Origin: Vicinamibacterales bacterium
GTDB taxonomy: Bacteria > Acidobacteriota > Vicinamibacteria > Vicinamibacterales > UBA2999
Assembly: GCA_035575715.1 (NCBI GenBank)
Contig: DATLXN010000029.1
Location: forward strand, 14,079-78,078
Reading direction: 5' to 3'
DNA: 64,000 nt
A model generated the notes under the pieces. That model made no database searches. It worked only from the letters and a program-made list of their open reading frames with translations, and had not been told where the DNA came from. A program made the position numbers and the translations under genes. Positions 24,703 through 33,683 of the stretch are shown piece by piece. Numbering within the stretch: position 1 is the stretch's first letter; the number at the start of each line of letters is the position of its first letter.

Positions 24703-26433
24703 ATGTGCGCCACACGTAAATCGCTCCCCAAATCCAAGCCCGCCATCAGGCGTCAGGCATCAGGCATCAGCAAGCCCGCACCCAAGTCTCTGCCACCGGA
24801 CGCGCCGCCGCCGCCACCCGCGGCGGCCCCCGCACTGGTGAAGGCCGCGGCACCCCCAAAGGCATCCGCACGCGTGAAGGCGGCACCGGCGAAGGTGACG
24901 GCCGCCCTGCGAATCCTGATGGTCGCGTCCGAGGCTCACCCCTTCTCCAAGACCGGCGGCCTGGCAGACGTGGCGACCGCTCTCTCACGCGCATTGGGGC
25001 GTCTCGGGCACGACGTCACGCTCGTCACGCCGCGCTACCGCGGCGTGGCGGGGGGCAAACCAATCGATGCTGTCCGCGCGTATGTCGCCGAGCGCTGGCT
25101 GGAGGCGACCTTACTGGAAGTGCCTCTCGGTCCCGGCGCCCGCGCTCTACTGATCGATTGCCCGCCCCTCTACGATCGCTCCGGTTTATACGGGGAACAG
25201 AACGTCGACTATCCCGACAACGCGGCACGGTTTGCCTTTCTGTCGATTGCCGCGCTCGATTGGGCGGCCTCCCAACCGGTCGCCCCGTCGGTGATCCACA
25301 CCCACGACTGGCAAGCGGGGCTTCTGCCGGCGTATGCCCGGCGGCTCGACGCACACCAGGCCGCCGGTCGAACCGTCAGCCTGCGCGATGTGCCGACCGT
25401 ATTCACCATTCACAACCTCGCCTATCAGGGCATCTTCGCGAAGACGTGGGTGCCGCGGCTCGGACTGCGCTGGGAGGACTTCACGGTGGCCGGCTTTGAG
25501 TTCTGGGATCACGTCAGCTTTTTGAAGTCCGGCGTCATGTTCAGTGACGCGCTGACCACGGTGAGCCCGGCCTACGCCGAGGAAATTCAACGGCCGGAAT
25601 ATGGCTACGGCTTCGAGGGGATCATGCGTGCCCGTGGCGCGGCACTCAGCGGGATCGTGAATGGCATTGATGGTGACGAGTGGAACCCGGCCAGTGATCG
25701 CTACTTGCCGGCGGCCTTTGATGCGACCGAGATGAGCGGTAAGCGCGAGGCCAAGCGCGCGCTACTCGTGGCCTTTGGCCTGGCGGCAGACGATGAGGCG
25801 CTGCAACGGCCGGTGGTTGGGATGGTCTCGCGGATGGTGGAGCAGAAGGGCTTCGATCTGATCGAAGCGCTCGCCAGCCATCTCCCGTCGCTCGATGCGA
25901 CGTTTGTCGTCGTCGGCACCGGCGACCCACGGTTCGAAGGGATGTGGCGGGCACTGGCGGCCGCGAATCCATCACGGATCGGCACCTTCATCGGCTTTGA
26001 TGAACGCCGCGCGCATCTGGTTGAAGGCGGCGCCGATATCTTCCTGATGCCGTCGCGCTTCGAGCCGTGCGGATTGAATCAGATGTACAGCCAACGTTAC
26101 GGCACGGTCCCGGTCGTCCGCGCGGTCGGCGGGCTGATCGACACGGTGCGCCCGTTCAATGCAAAAAGCGGTCAGGGCACCGGCTTTCTGTTCAACGACT
26201 ACACCCCCGCTGCGTTACTGGAAGCGTTAGCACTCGCCCTGGGCGCGTATCGCCAACCGGGCCAGTGGGCGCGGCTGCAGGCCAACGGCATGAAGAAGGA
26301 TTTCTCATGGCAGCGTTCGGCAGCGGAGTATGTGAAGGTGTATAAAAGAGTGATCGCCGCGCGCCGGAAATCCGGCAGCGGTAAAACAGCGGGCACCGGC
26401 ACGCAGGAACGGATCGGCCGGCGTGACATCTAA
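24703..26433 (+). CDS. glgA: glycogen synthase (ADP-glucose type); the 64-72 aa K/P/A-rich N-terminal extension is uncertain
   Basis: LRILMVASEAHPFSKTGGLADV is the canonical GlgA N-terminus, beginning at codon 69. Alternative starts are GTG 24895 and ATG 24919. Confidence 0.9.
   Translation: MCATRKSLPKSKPAIRRQASGISKPAPKSLPPDAPPPPPAAAPALVKAAAPPKASARVKAAPAKVTAALRILMVASEAHPFSKTGGLADVATALSRALGRLGHDVTLVTPRYRGVAGGKPIDAVRAYVAERWLEATLLEVPLGPGARALLIDCPPLYDRSGLYGEQNVDYPDNAARFAFLSIAALDWAASQPVAPSVIHTHDWQAGLLPAYARRLDAHQAAGRTVSLRDVPTVFTIHNLAYQGIFAKTWVPRLGLRWEDFTVAGFEFWDHVSFLKSGVMFSDALTTVSPAYAEEIQRPEYGYGFEGIMRARGAALSGIVNGIDGDEWNPASDRYLPAAFDATEMSGKREAKRALLVAFGLAADDEALQRPVVGMVSRMVEQKGFDLIEALASHLPSLDATFVVVGTGDPRFEGMWRALAAANPSRIGTFIGFDERRAHLVEGGADIFLMPSRFEPCGLNQMYSQRYGTVPVVRAVGGLIDTVRPFNAKSGQGTGFLFNDYTPAALLEALALALGAYRQPGQWARLQANGMKKDFSWQRSAAEYVKVYKRVIAARRKSGSGKTAGTGTQERIGRRDI
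24744..24771. repeat. heptamer repeat (CRTCAGS)x4
   Basis: catcagg cgtcagg catcagg catcagc, read directly. Confidence 0.8.
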
Positions 26434-26451
26434 GGATTGAGGCACTCATAC

Positions 26452-26778
26452 ATGGCTTCCGAAAAGGTTAAGACCCTCACAGATGCCGACTTTGACCAGT
26501 CGGTGAAAGACGGCGTGGTTCTGGTCGACTTCTGGGCGGAATGGTGCGCCCCGTGCCGTCGCCTGGCGCCGACGGTGGATCAGCTGGCTGATGATTACAA
26601 CGGCCGAGTGACGGTCGCCAAAGTCAACATCGACGAGAATCCGGCGACGCCGAATCGGTTTTTCATTCGCGGCATTCCCACCTTGCTGCTGTTCAAGAAC
26701 GGCGACCTCAAAGAAACCATCGTCGGACTCGCGGCCAAGGACGATCTGGTCCGCGTGATCGACAAGCACCTGGCCTAA
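26452..26778 (+). CDS. trxA: thioredoxin
   Basis: VLVDFWAEWCAPCRRLAP (WCAPC variant of WCGPC) and GIPTLLLFKNG. Confidence 0.9.
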   Translation: MASEKVKTLTDADFDQSVKDGVVLVDFWAEWCAPCRRLAPTVDQLADDYNGRVTVAKVNIDENPATPNRFFIRGIPTLLLFKNGDLKETIVGLAAKDDLVRVIDKHLA

Positions 26779-26782
26779 GCCA

Positions 26783-27709
26783 ATGACGCACCGAGAGGTC
26801 ACGATCATCGGGACAGGTCCCGCGGGTCTGACCGCGGCGCTCTATGTCGGGCGCGCCAACCTCCGTCCGCTGGTCATCGAAGGTATCGAACGCGGCGGTC
26901 AGCTGATGCTCACCACGACGGTTGAAAACTATCCTGGCTTCCGCGACGGCATCATGGGGCCGGACCTGATGGAAGACATGCGCGTCCAGGCCGAGCGCTT
27001 TGGCGCGACGTTTCTCCAAGGCGACGTGGCGGCGATTGACCTGACGCAGCGGCCGTTCCGTTTCACGGTTGACAAGACCGACTACACCACCGATACGTTG
27101 ATTCTCGCGACCGGCGCCTCGGCCAAGTGGCTCGACCTGGGGGTCGATAAACAGCTGTCCGGCCGCGGCGTGTCCACCTGCGCGACCTGTGACGGGTTCT
27201 TCTTCAAGGGACGCGACGTGGCCATCGTCGGCGGCGGCGACACCGCGATGGAAGAAGCAATCTATCTGTCGAAGCTCTGTTCGACGGTGACCGTGATCCA
27301 CCGTCGCGACACCTTGCGGGCGTCGAAGGTGATGCAGGACAAAGCCAAGTCCACGGCCAACATCAAATGGATTTGGCACACCGAAGTCATCGACATCAAG
27401 GATGTGACCAAGGGTGAAGTGACCGGCCTGGTGCTGCGCAACCTGCAGACCGGCGTGGTCAGCGATCTACCGATTGCCGGGATTTTCATTGCCATCGGCC
27501 ATATCCCGAACACCAAAATGCTCGCTGGGCAGCTCACACTCGACGAGAACGGCTACATCGTCACGCACGGCGGAACGCGCACCAATGTGCCGGGGGTATT
27601 CGCCGCCGGCGACGTGCAGGATCACATTTACCGGCAGGCGGTCACCGCCGCGGGATCGGGCTGTATGGCCGCGATCGACGCGGAGCGGTTTCTGTCAGGC
27701 ATCGAGTAG
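26783..27709 (+). CDS. trxB: thioredoxin-disulfide reductase
   Basis: IIGTGPAGLTAALY, redox-active CATCDGFFF, GGGDTAMEEA and FAAGDVQD. Confidence 0.92.
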   Translation: MTHREVTIIGTGPAGLTAALYVGRANLRPLVIEGIERGGQLMLTTTVENYPGFRDGIMGPDLMEDMRVQAERFGATFLQGDVAAIDLTQRPFRFTVDKTDYTTDTLILATGASAKWLDLGVDKQLSGRGVSTCATCDGFFFKGRDVAIVGGGDTAMEEAIYLSKLCSTVTVIHRRDTLRASKVMQDKAKSTANIKWIWHTEVIDIKDVTKGEVTGLVLRNLQTGVVSDLPIAGIFIAIGHIPNTKMLAGQLTLDENGYIVTHGGTRTNVPGVFAAGDVQDHIYRQAVTAAGSGCMAAIDAERFLSGIE

Positions 27710-27730
27710 GCCGCTTCGCGGTGGGACCGC
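27709..27730. repeat. REP-like element GGCCGCTTCGCGGTGGGACCGC (reverse complement of the 17251/17369 element)
   Basis: Lies between the convergent trxB and mnmA stops. Partial copy GGACCGCTTCGCGTGG at 40610-40625, between the pgsA and UXS stops. Confidence 0.6.
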
Positions 27731-27752
27731 TGCACTGCCGCCGTCCCTACGC

Positions 27753-28832
27753 TCAGTCAATCCAGCCGCCACCCAGCACCACATCGCCCTCATACAGCAC
27801 GACGGCCTGGCCCGGGGTCACGGCGGATTGCGGTTCTTCGAATTCCAGCTCGAGGCGCGTTACGTCGATGGCGCGCACACGCGCGGTGGCGGGTGCGTGC
27901 CGATGGCGGATCTGCGCCGTCACCGGTTGCCAATCCAGTGCCGGACGTCCCGACACCCAATTCACCTGCGATGCGCTGAGCGTGCGGCGGCTTAACGCGT
28001 CGCGCGGGCCGACCACCACTTGCGCCGTGGCCGGTTTAATCTCGAGCACATACAGGGGGTCTCTGGACGACAGCCCGAGACCTTTGCGCTGTCCGATCGT
28101 GAACCTGTGCACACCAGCGTGCGCGCCAACCACTTCGCCACCCTGATCGATGAGACTGCCTGGTCGGCGCAGTTCAGGCGCGGCGCGTTCGATGAACGCC
28201 GCGTAGTCACCGTCGGGAACGAAACAAATCTCCTGGCTATCTTTTTTTTCGGCGACGCGCAGGTTCAGCCGGCGTGCGTGGTCGCGCACGGTTGGCTTGT
28301 CGAGATGGCCGATCGGAAATGCCGCACGCGATAACTGTTCCTGGGTCAGAGAAAAAAGAAAGTAGGTCTGGTCCTTGGAGTGATCAACACCGCGGCGCAG
28401 CCGATAGCTGCCATCGACCTGCTGTTCGATCCGGGCGTAGTGGCCGGTCGCCAGTGCCTCGGCCCCGTAACCGAGCGCTCGTTCGAGCAGGGTGGAGAAT
28501 TTCAGATCGGCGTTGCAGTGCGCGCACGGGATCGGCGTCCGGCCGGCGCTGTATTCATTGATGAAATTCGACACGACCTGCTCGTCGAACCGGCTCTCGA
28601 AGTTGACGATATAGTGCGGAATGCCGATCGCTGCAGCGACCCGGCGCGCGTCATAGAGATCGTCGATCGTGCAGCAGGTGCCAAACGACTGCCCAGAGCG
28701 CGTTTCGCCTTCGCTCTGATCGTAGAGCTGCATCGACACCCCGATCACCTCGTGGCCCTGCTCGGCGAGCAGCGCCGCGGCGACCGATGAGTCGACACCG
28801 CCCGACATCGCGACCACAATTTTCATAGACAA
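27753..28832 (-). CDS. mnmA: tRNA 2-thiouridine(34) synthase
   Basis: MKIVVAMSGGVDSSVAAALL (PP-loop) plus conserved Cys residues of the MnmA family. Confidence 0.92.
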   Translation of the reverse strand: MSMKIVVAMSGGVDSSVAAALLAEQGHEVIGVSMQLYDQSEGETRSGQSFGTCCTIDDLYDARRVAAAIGIPHYIVNFESRFDEQVVSNFINEYSAGRTPIPCAHCNADLKFSTLLERALGYGAEALATGHYARIEQQVDGSYRLRRGVDHSKDQTYFLFSLTQEQLSRAAFPIGHLDKPTVRDHARRLNLRVAEKKDSQEICFVPDGDYAAFIERAAPELRRPGSLIDQGGEVVGAHAGVHRFTIGQRKGLGLSSRDPLYVLEIKPATAQVVVGPRDALSRRTLSASQVNWVSGRPALDWQPVTAQIRHRHAPATARVRAIDVTRLELEFEEPQSAVTPGQAVVLYEGDVVLGGGWID

Positions 28833-28850
28833 CGACGTTGCACGGAACGT

Positions 28851-30017
28851 TTACTTTCTTCCCCCCACTGTGGAGAGACGTCGAAGTTTCTCAATCAGCG
28901 CCGGCAGCGCCTCGATCACCCGATCAATGTCGCTGTTGGTGTTGCTCGCGCCGAGGCTGAAGCGGATCGAGCTGAGCGTGCGCGCGTGGGGTAGTCCCAT
29001 CGCTTTCAGGACGTGCGACGGCTCGAGCGTGCCTGACGAACACGCCGAACCGGATGACACGGCAATGCCTGCCAGATCCAGCCCGATCAGCAGCGACTCT
29101 GATTCAATCCGTTCGAAACTGATGTTGCTGGTGTTCGGGACGCGCGGCTCGGCAGCGCCATTGCGTTGCGCGCCATCGATAGCGTTGAGCACGCCGTCTT
29201 CGAGACGGTCCCGCAACACCCGAAGCCGTGCCGATTCACCGGCCATCTTGGTGAGCGCCAGTTGCGCCGCGGCCCCAAGGCCGACAATCCCGGGCACGTT
29301 CTCGGTGCCCGCACGGCGATTGCGTTCCTGGCGCCCGCCGGTGACGAAGGGCAGCAGGCGCACACCTTTGCGCAACCACAGGGCGCCAATGCCTTTCGGC
29401 CCGTAAAACTTATGCGCGGAGATCGACACGAGATCGACCCCGAGCGCCTTGACGTCGATCGGAATCTTGCCGGCGGTCTGCACCGCATCGGTGTGGACCA
29501 TGGCGCCGCTGGCTTTCGCGATCGCGGCGATCTCGGCGATCGGCTGGATGGTCCCGATCTCGTTATTGGCGTGCATCACCGAGACCAGGGCGGTGTCGTC
29601 GGTGATCACATCGCGCAACGCATCGGGATCGATCACGCCAGTTGCGGAGACCGGGAGCAGTGACACACGCCAGCCGCGCTTGGCGAGCGCTTTCACGGTG
29701 TTGAGCACGGCTTCGTGTTCGATGGCGCTGGCGATCAGATGTCGACGGCCGGTCGCCTCGAGCGCTTCAGCAACGCCGCGCACCGCAAAGTTGTCGCTCT
29801 CGGTCCCCCCGCCGGTGAAGATGACTTCCGAGGGCTCCGCACCGAGCATCGCTGCGACGTGGCTCCGCGCATCGTCGACGCCGGCTTTGGCTTGCTGACC
29901 AAAATGATGGACGCTCGACGCGTTGCCCCATAACTCGCGAAGCGCGCGGTCCATGCGGTCAGCCACCTCGGGCGCGACCGGTGTTGTCGCGTTGTGATCG
30001 AGATAGATGCGGCTCAC
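28851..30017 (-). CDS. cysteine desulfurase (NifS/IscS class I)
   Basis: IYLDHNATTP, SISAHKFYGPKG (PLP Lys) and SSGSACSSG (active Cys). Confidence 0.9.
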   Translation of the reverse strand: MSRIYLDHNATTPVAPEVADRMDRALRELWGNASSVHHFGQQAKAGVDDARSHVAAMLGAEPSEVIFTGGGTESDNFAVRGVAEALEATGRRHLIASAIEHEAVLNTVKALAKRGWRVSLLPVSATGVIDPDALRDVITDDTALVSVMHANNEIGTIQPIAEIAAIAKASGAMVHTDAVQTAGKIPIDVKALGVDLVSISAHKFYGPKGIGALWLRKGVRLLPFVTGGRQERNRRAGTENVPGIVGLGAAAQLALTKMAGESARLRVLRDRLEDGVLNAIDGAQRNGAAEPRVPNTSNISFERIESESLLIGLDLAGIAVSSGSACSSGTLEPSHVLKAMGLPHARTLSSIRFSLGASNTNSDIDRVIEALPALIEKLRRLSTVGGRK

Positions 30018-30064
30018 CGTCCAGCGATCGTAGCATTCCTCCTAACCCTCAGCAATAAAAGGAC

Positions 30065-30094
30065 TAGACAACGCTCGCCGGTGGTCCGTATACT
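30065..30094 (+). promoter_or_regulatory. candidate sigma-70 promoter TAGACA-N18-TATACT
   Basis: In the lower-GC 240-bp gap. It would give a leader of about 160 nt for the bactofilin gene. Confidence 0.35.
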
Positions 30095-30257
30095 AATTTT
30101 GCTTCAGAACCGAAGCCCAACTTCCCCGGGTTTCATAAGCGACCCTCTAGTGATTCTTGTAGTGCCGGGTTCCAAACTGCCAAAGGGCCACTGAACGTGG
30201 CAGTGCGGCACTGGGCACGTGGCACAACACGCGACACCCCGAGGGGGAGGATTTCAG

Positions 30258-30830
30258 ATGTGGAAGCGTGACGAGTCGGTGAAGCCGACTACCCCCCAGC
30301 CATCGGCCCCCGCGGCGCCCGTGGCAGCGGCGCCAGTACCAGCTCCGGCTGCGGCGCCGCAAACTCCTCAGGCAACCAGTGACATACGCTCGCAGATTGA
30401 GAGGGACAAGGTGAATATCGGCAAGTCGGTCGTCATTAAAGGCGAACTCAGCGGCAGCGAAGACTTGACGATCGAAGGTCATGTCGAAGGCAAGATCGAA
30501 CTGCGCGACAACGTCCTCACGATTGGTCCCAACGGCAAGATCCGCGCAGAGGTGTTTGCCAAAGCGGTGATCGTCCTCGGCGAAGTGACCGGCAACGTCA
30601 CCGCGTCAGAGAAGGTCGACATCCGCGACAACGGTTCGGTCGATGGCGATATCATCTCGCCGCGCGTCGCGATTGCCGAGGGCGCCCACTTCCGTGGCAG
30701 CGTCGACATGCAGCGGGCCGGTGCTGGCGGCGCCAAGCCGGGCCAGTCCACTCCCGCCAAGCCCGCTGGGCAGGGTGGGTCACCACAGCCGCCGGTTGGT
30801 ACGCAGACCGGTCAGAAGGTCGGCGCGTAG
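30258..30830 (+). CDS. bactofilin (polymer-forming cytoskeletal protein, DUF583)
   Basis: ATG at 30258 after GGGGAGG. IGKSVVIKGELSGSEDLTIEGHVEGKIEL...VDGDIISPRVAIAEGAHFRGSVDM is the beta-helical bactofilin repeat. Confidence 0.88.
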   Translation: MWKRDESVKPTTPQPSAPAAPVAAAPVPAPAAAPQTPQATSDIRSQIERDKVNIGKSVVIKGELSGSEDLTIEGHVEGKIELRDNVLTIGPNGKIRAEVFAKAVIVLGEVTGNVTASEKVDIRDNGSVDGDIISPRVAIAEGAHFRGSVDMQRAGAGGAKPGQSTPAKPAGQGGSPQPPVGTQTGQKVGA

Positions 30831-30836
30831 CGCGCG

Positions 30837-31523
30837 ATGGCCGGTGCTGCTCGGTCACTGACCGATCTCTTTTCCATCTTCGGGGGCCGTCGTGCCCCCG
30901 AAGGTGATGCGACGGCCGATGCGCCGGCATCACCGCAGGAACCGCTGTATCCCACCAAAGCGCTGGCAACCTTTTTCAAGGTGCTGCAGTCTCGCGACAA
31001 GCCGACGCTCATCGATCTCGGTCCAGTGGTCGGCAGCAACGTCACGTTTTTCGGCGAGCACCTCGGCTGCCGCATCCGCGTTGAAGACGTCGCGGCCGAT
31101 ATCGAGCGGCATCACAAGGCCGGCAATCTCAACGAGCTTGCGACGTTCTTCAAATCACGGTTTCCACAGGAGTCCGAAAGCATCGACGGCATTCTGTGTT
31201 GGGATGTGCTCGACTTCCTCGAACGCCCCGCCGCGCTCGCGTTGGCGAGCGCATTGTCACGCCTGCTGCGTCCCGATGGCGCCCTGCTTGGCTTCTTCAG
31301 CACCGCCGAAGGCCGCGCGCAGGTCTACACCAAGTACTTGGTCGTCGACGAAGTCAGCCTGCGGTATCGGACCTATCCGTCATCGGTCTCGCGGCAAAAG
31401 AGCCTGCTCAATCGCGACATCATCAAGATGTTCGACGGATTGCGGGTCACCGATTCGTTCCTGATGAAGAACAACGTCCGCGAAATTCTCTTCCGCAAAC
31501 CCGCATACCTCGCCGGCCGCTGA
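30837..31523 (+). CDS. class I methyltransferase-fold protein with degenerate SAM motif I
   Basis: LIDLGPVVGSN replaces VLDLGCGxG. ILCWDVLDFL...LLRPDGALLGFF. Starts 6 nt after the bactofilin stop. Confidence 0.7.
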   Translation: MAGAARSLTDLFSIFGGRRAPEGDATADAPASPQEPLYPTKALATFFKVLQSRDKPTLIDLGPVVGSNVTFFGEHLGCRIRVEDVAADIERHHKAGNLNELATFFKSRFPQESESIDGILCWDVLDFLERPAALALASALSRLLRPDGALLGFFSTAEGRAQVYTKYLVVDEVSLRYRTYPSSVSRQKSLLNRDIIKMFDGLRVTDSFLMKNNVREILFRKPAYLAGR

Positions 31524-31555
31524 CCCTGGTCACAGCGCAAGGGTCGAAGGGCAAC

Positions 31556-32359
31556 GTGAGGAACCCCGTCGTCGCGTTACTCACCGATTTTGGCACTCGC
31601 GATCACTATGCGGGGACCCTCAAGGCGGTGGTGTTGAGCGTGTGTCCCGACGCGACGCTGGTCGATATCGGTCACGACATCGACCCGCATGACGTCCTGG
31701 GCGGGGCCCTCGAACTGGCCGCCTGCTATCGCTACTTTCCGGCCGGCACGGTGTTTCTCGTCGTCGTGGATCCCGGCGTCGGTTCGAGCCGACGCGGGCT
31801 GGTCGCAGAGACCCGCGATTACCGATTCGTCGCCCCCGACAATGGCGTGTTGACCGGCGTCTTCAGCGACACACCGCCGTCCCGCGTGGTCGAACTGACT
31901 GAGCGGAAATACGCGCGTGCCGCCGTCAGTCGGACGTTCGAAGGCCGTGACCGGTTCGCACCCGCCGCCGGGTGGCTCGCCAAAGGGACCACGGTCGCCG
32001 CGTTCGGCCGCGCCATCGCTGATTATCATCGCCTCGTGATCCCGCGCGCGTCACTTGGGGACGACAGCATTGCGGGGTCGATCCTTCGGGTCGACCGCTT
32101 CGGTAACCTGATTTCGAACATCGATCGTGCGGCCTTCGACCACCTCGCCAGAGGCGGCCCGATCGTGGTCCGCATCAACGACCGCACTGTGGATCGGGTG
32201 GTGGCGACCTACGCGGAGGCCACCCCCGGTGAGCTGTGTGCACTCTTTGGCAGCACCGAGCACCTCGAGGTCGCGGTCAACGGCGGCAGCGCCGCAGCGC
32301 TGCTCGGCGCTGGTCGCGGCGCTTCGGTAACCGTCGGCGCGACAGACGGCGGGCATTGA
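31556..32359 (+). CDS. SAM hydroxide adenosyltransferase / SAM hydrolase family protein (DUF62, chlorinase-fluorinase fold)
   Basis: GTG at 31556. VALLTDFGTRDHYAGTLKAV...VVVDPGVGSSRR. The upstream part of the 387-aa track ORF overlaps the previous gene out of frame. Confidence 0.85.
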   Translation: MRNPVVALLTDFGTRDHYAGTLKAVVLSVCPDATLVDIGHDIDPHDVLGGALELAACYRYFPAGTVFLVVVDPGVGSSRRGLVAETRDYRFVAPDNGVLTGVFSDTPPSRVVELTERKYARAAVSRTFEGRDRFAPAAGWLAKGTTVAAFGRAIADYHRLVIPRASLGDDSIAGSILRVDRFGNLISNIDRAAFDHLARGGPIVVRINDRTVDRVVATYAEATPGELCALFGSTEHLEVAVNGGSAAALLGAGRGASVTVGATDGGH

Positions 32360-32360
32360 C

Positions 32361-32420
32361 CAATCACCCAATTCATCCCCAATTCAATCGCTAATCGCTC
32401 AATCGCCAAATCGCCCAATG
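32361..32420. repeat. degenerate 7-8 nt repeat (AATCGCY / CCAATTC)
   Basis: AATCGC at 32386, 32393, 32401 and 32409, preceded by CCAAT-type units. Confidence 0.5.
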
Positions 32421-32445
32421 TTTGGTACCATCCGCGGTTGCCATG

Positions 32446-33651
32446 CTTAATTTCGACTTAACCGAAGAACAGCGCCTGCTCGAACAGAGCGTGCGCGAGT
32501 GGGGTGCCCGCGAAGTGGCGCCCAAGATTCGCGATCTCGATCGGCAACACCGCTTCGATAAGGAACTGATTCTCGGCGGCATGAAACGTCTCGGTTTGCT
32601 GGGCGTGTCGGTGCCTCAGGAATACGGCGGCGCGGGGATGGATTACATCGCCCTCGGCCTCGCCAGCGAAGAGCTCGAATACATCGATACCTCACTGCGC
32701 GTGATCATGTCGGTGCACGCCGGGCTGAACTGTTTGTCGCTGCTGACCTGGGGCAACGAGGAGCAGAAGAAGAAGTATCTCGTGCCACAGGCCCAGGGCG
32801 ACAAGCTCGCCACCTACGGTCTGACCGAGCCGTCGGCCGGCAGCGACGCGCGCGGGATTCAGACTACGGCCGTCAAGAAGGGTGACCGCTACATCCTCAA
32901 CGGCGAGAAGATGTGGATCTCGCTGGCCGATGTGGCCGACCACTATCTGGTGTTCGCCTGGTCAGATGCCGAGAAGAAGAAACAGCGTGATGTCGGCGGG
33001 ATCAGCTGCTTCATCGTCGAGCGGGGCTTCAAAGGCTTCTCGAGCGGAACACTCAAGGAGAAGTGGGGCATCCTCGCCGGCAATACCGGCTTCTTCAAAA
33101 TGGACGACATGGAAGTCCCCGCCGAGAACCTGCTCGGCCGTGAGGGCGAGGGATTCAAGATTGCGATGACCGCGCTCGATCAAGGTCGTTACACGGTGGC
33201 CGCTGGCGCCACCGGGTTGATTCGGGCCTGCCGGGACGCGAGCAGTAAGTACGCGCTCGACCGAAAGGCGTTCGGCCAGCCGATCGCCGAGTTTCAGTTG
33301 GTCAAGGAAATGATCGCGCGCATGGAGGCGGACTATCAGATCTCCCGCCTGTTGTGGATGAAGTCGGGCTGGATGAAGAACGCCGGTCAACGGAACACAC
33401 GCGAGACCAGTCTGGCGAAGTGGTACTCGACAGTCGCGTCAGAAACCGCCGCCGGCAACGCGGTACAAGTGCACGGGGCCAACGGGTATTCCGACGAGTA
33501 TCCAGTCGGCCGCTTCTATCGCAATTGCAAGGGGGCGGTGATTTACGAAGGCACCCGCGAGATTCACACGCTGATGCAGGCCGACTACGTGCTGGGCTAC
33601 CGTCAGGACAAGGGCTTGCGGTGTGAGCTGCCGCCCTACGCGCGCGATTAA
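32446..33651 (+). CDS. acyl-CoA dehydrogenase
   Basis: [13 protein letters not shown]..., [12 protein letters not shown] and IYEGTREIH. Confidence 0.9.
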   Translation, partial: LNFDLTEEQRLLEQSVREWGAREVAPKIRDLDRQHRFDKELILGGMKRLGLLGVSVPQEYGGAGMDYIALGLASEELEYIDTSLRVIMSVHAGLNCLSLLTWGNEEQKKKYLVPQAQGDKLATYGLTEPSAGSDARGIQTTAVKKGDRYILNGEKMWISLADVADHYLVFAWSDAEKKKQRDVGGISCFIVERGFKGFSSGTLKEKWGILAGNTGFFKMDDMEVPAENLLGREGEGFKIAMTALDQGRYTVAAGATGLIRACRDASSKYALDRKAFGQPIAEFQLVKEMIARMEADYQISRLLWMKSGWMKNAGQRNTRETSLAKWYSTVASETAAGNAVQVHGANGYSDEYPVGRFYRNCKGAVIYEGTREIHTLMQADYVLGYRQDKGLRCELPPYARD

Positions 33652-33683
33652 TTCGCGGAGCTGAAACTCCGCGCTGGACAATT

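Noticed and set aside
26708-27379. Minus-strand ORF of 223 aa opposite trxB. Similar cases are 49740..50372 opposite ugd, 50384..51088 opposite galE, 45369..46067 opposite the M28 gene, and 41572..42273 opposite the sugar transferase.
   Set aside because: Each overlaps a gene with strong family motifs on the other strand and has no motifs of its own.
30185-30235. Sigma-54 promoter in the bactofilin leader (several TGGCAC/GGCAC strings)
   Set aside because: None is followed by TTGC at the required 5-nt spacing. Only the 11529-11544 site fits the -24/-12 geometry.
31196-31555. Upstream extensions of the DUF62 gene (track start 31196), galE (50249), UXS (41611), GT2 (47872), rpiB (4766) and msbA (51343)
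   Set aside because: The extensions overlap the preceding gene out of frame. Internal starts give canonical family N-termini and 0-4 nt coupling overlaps.
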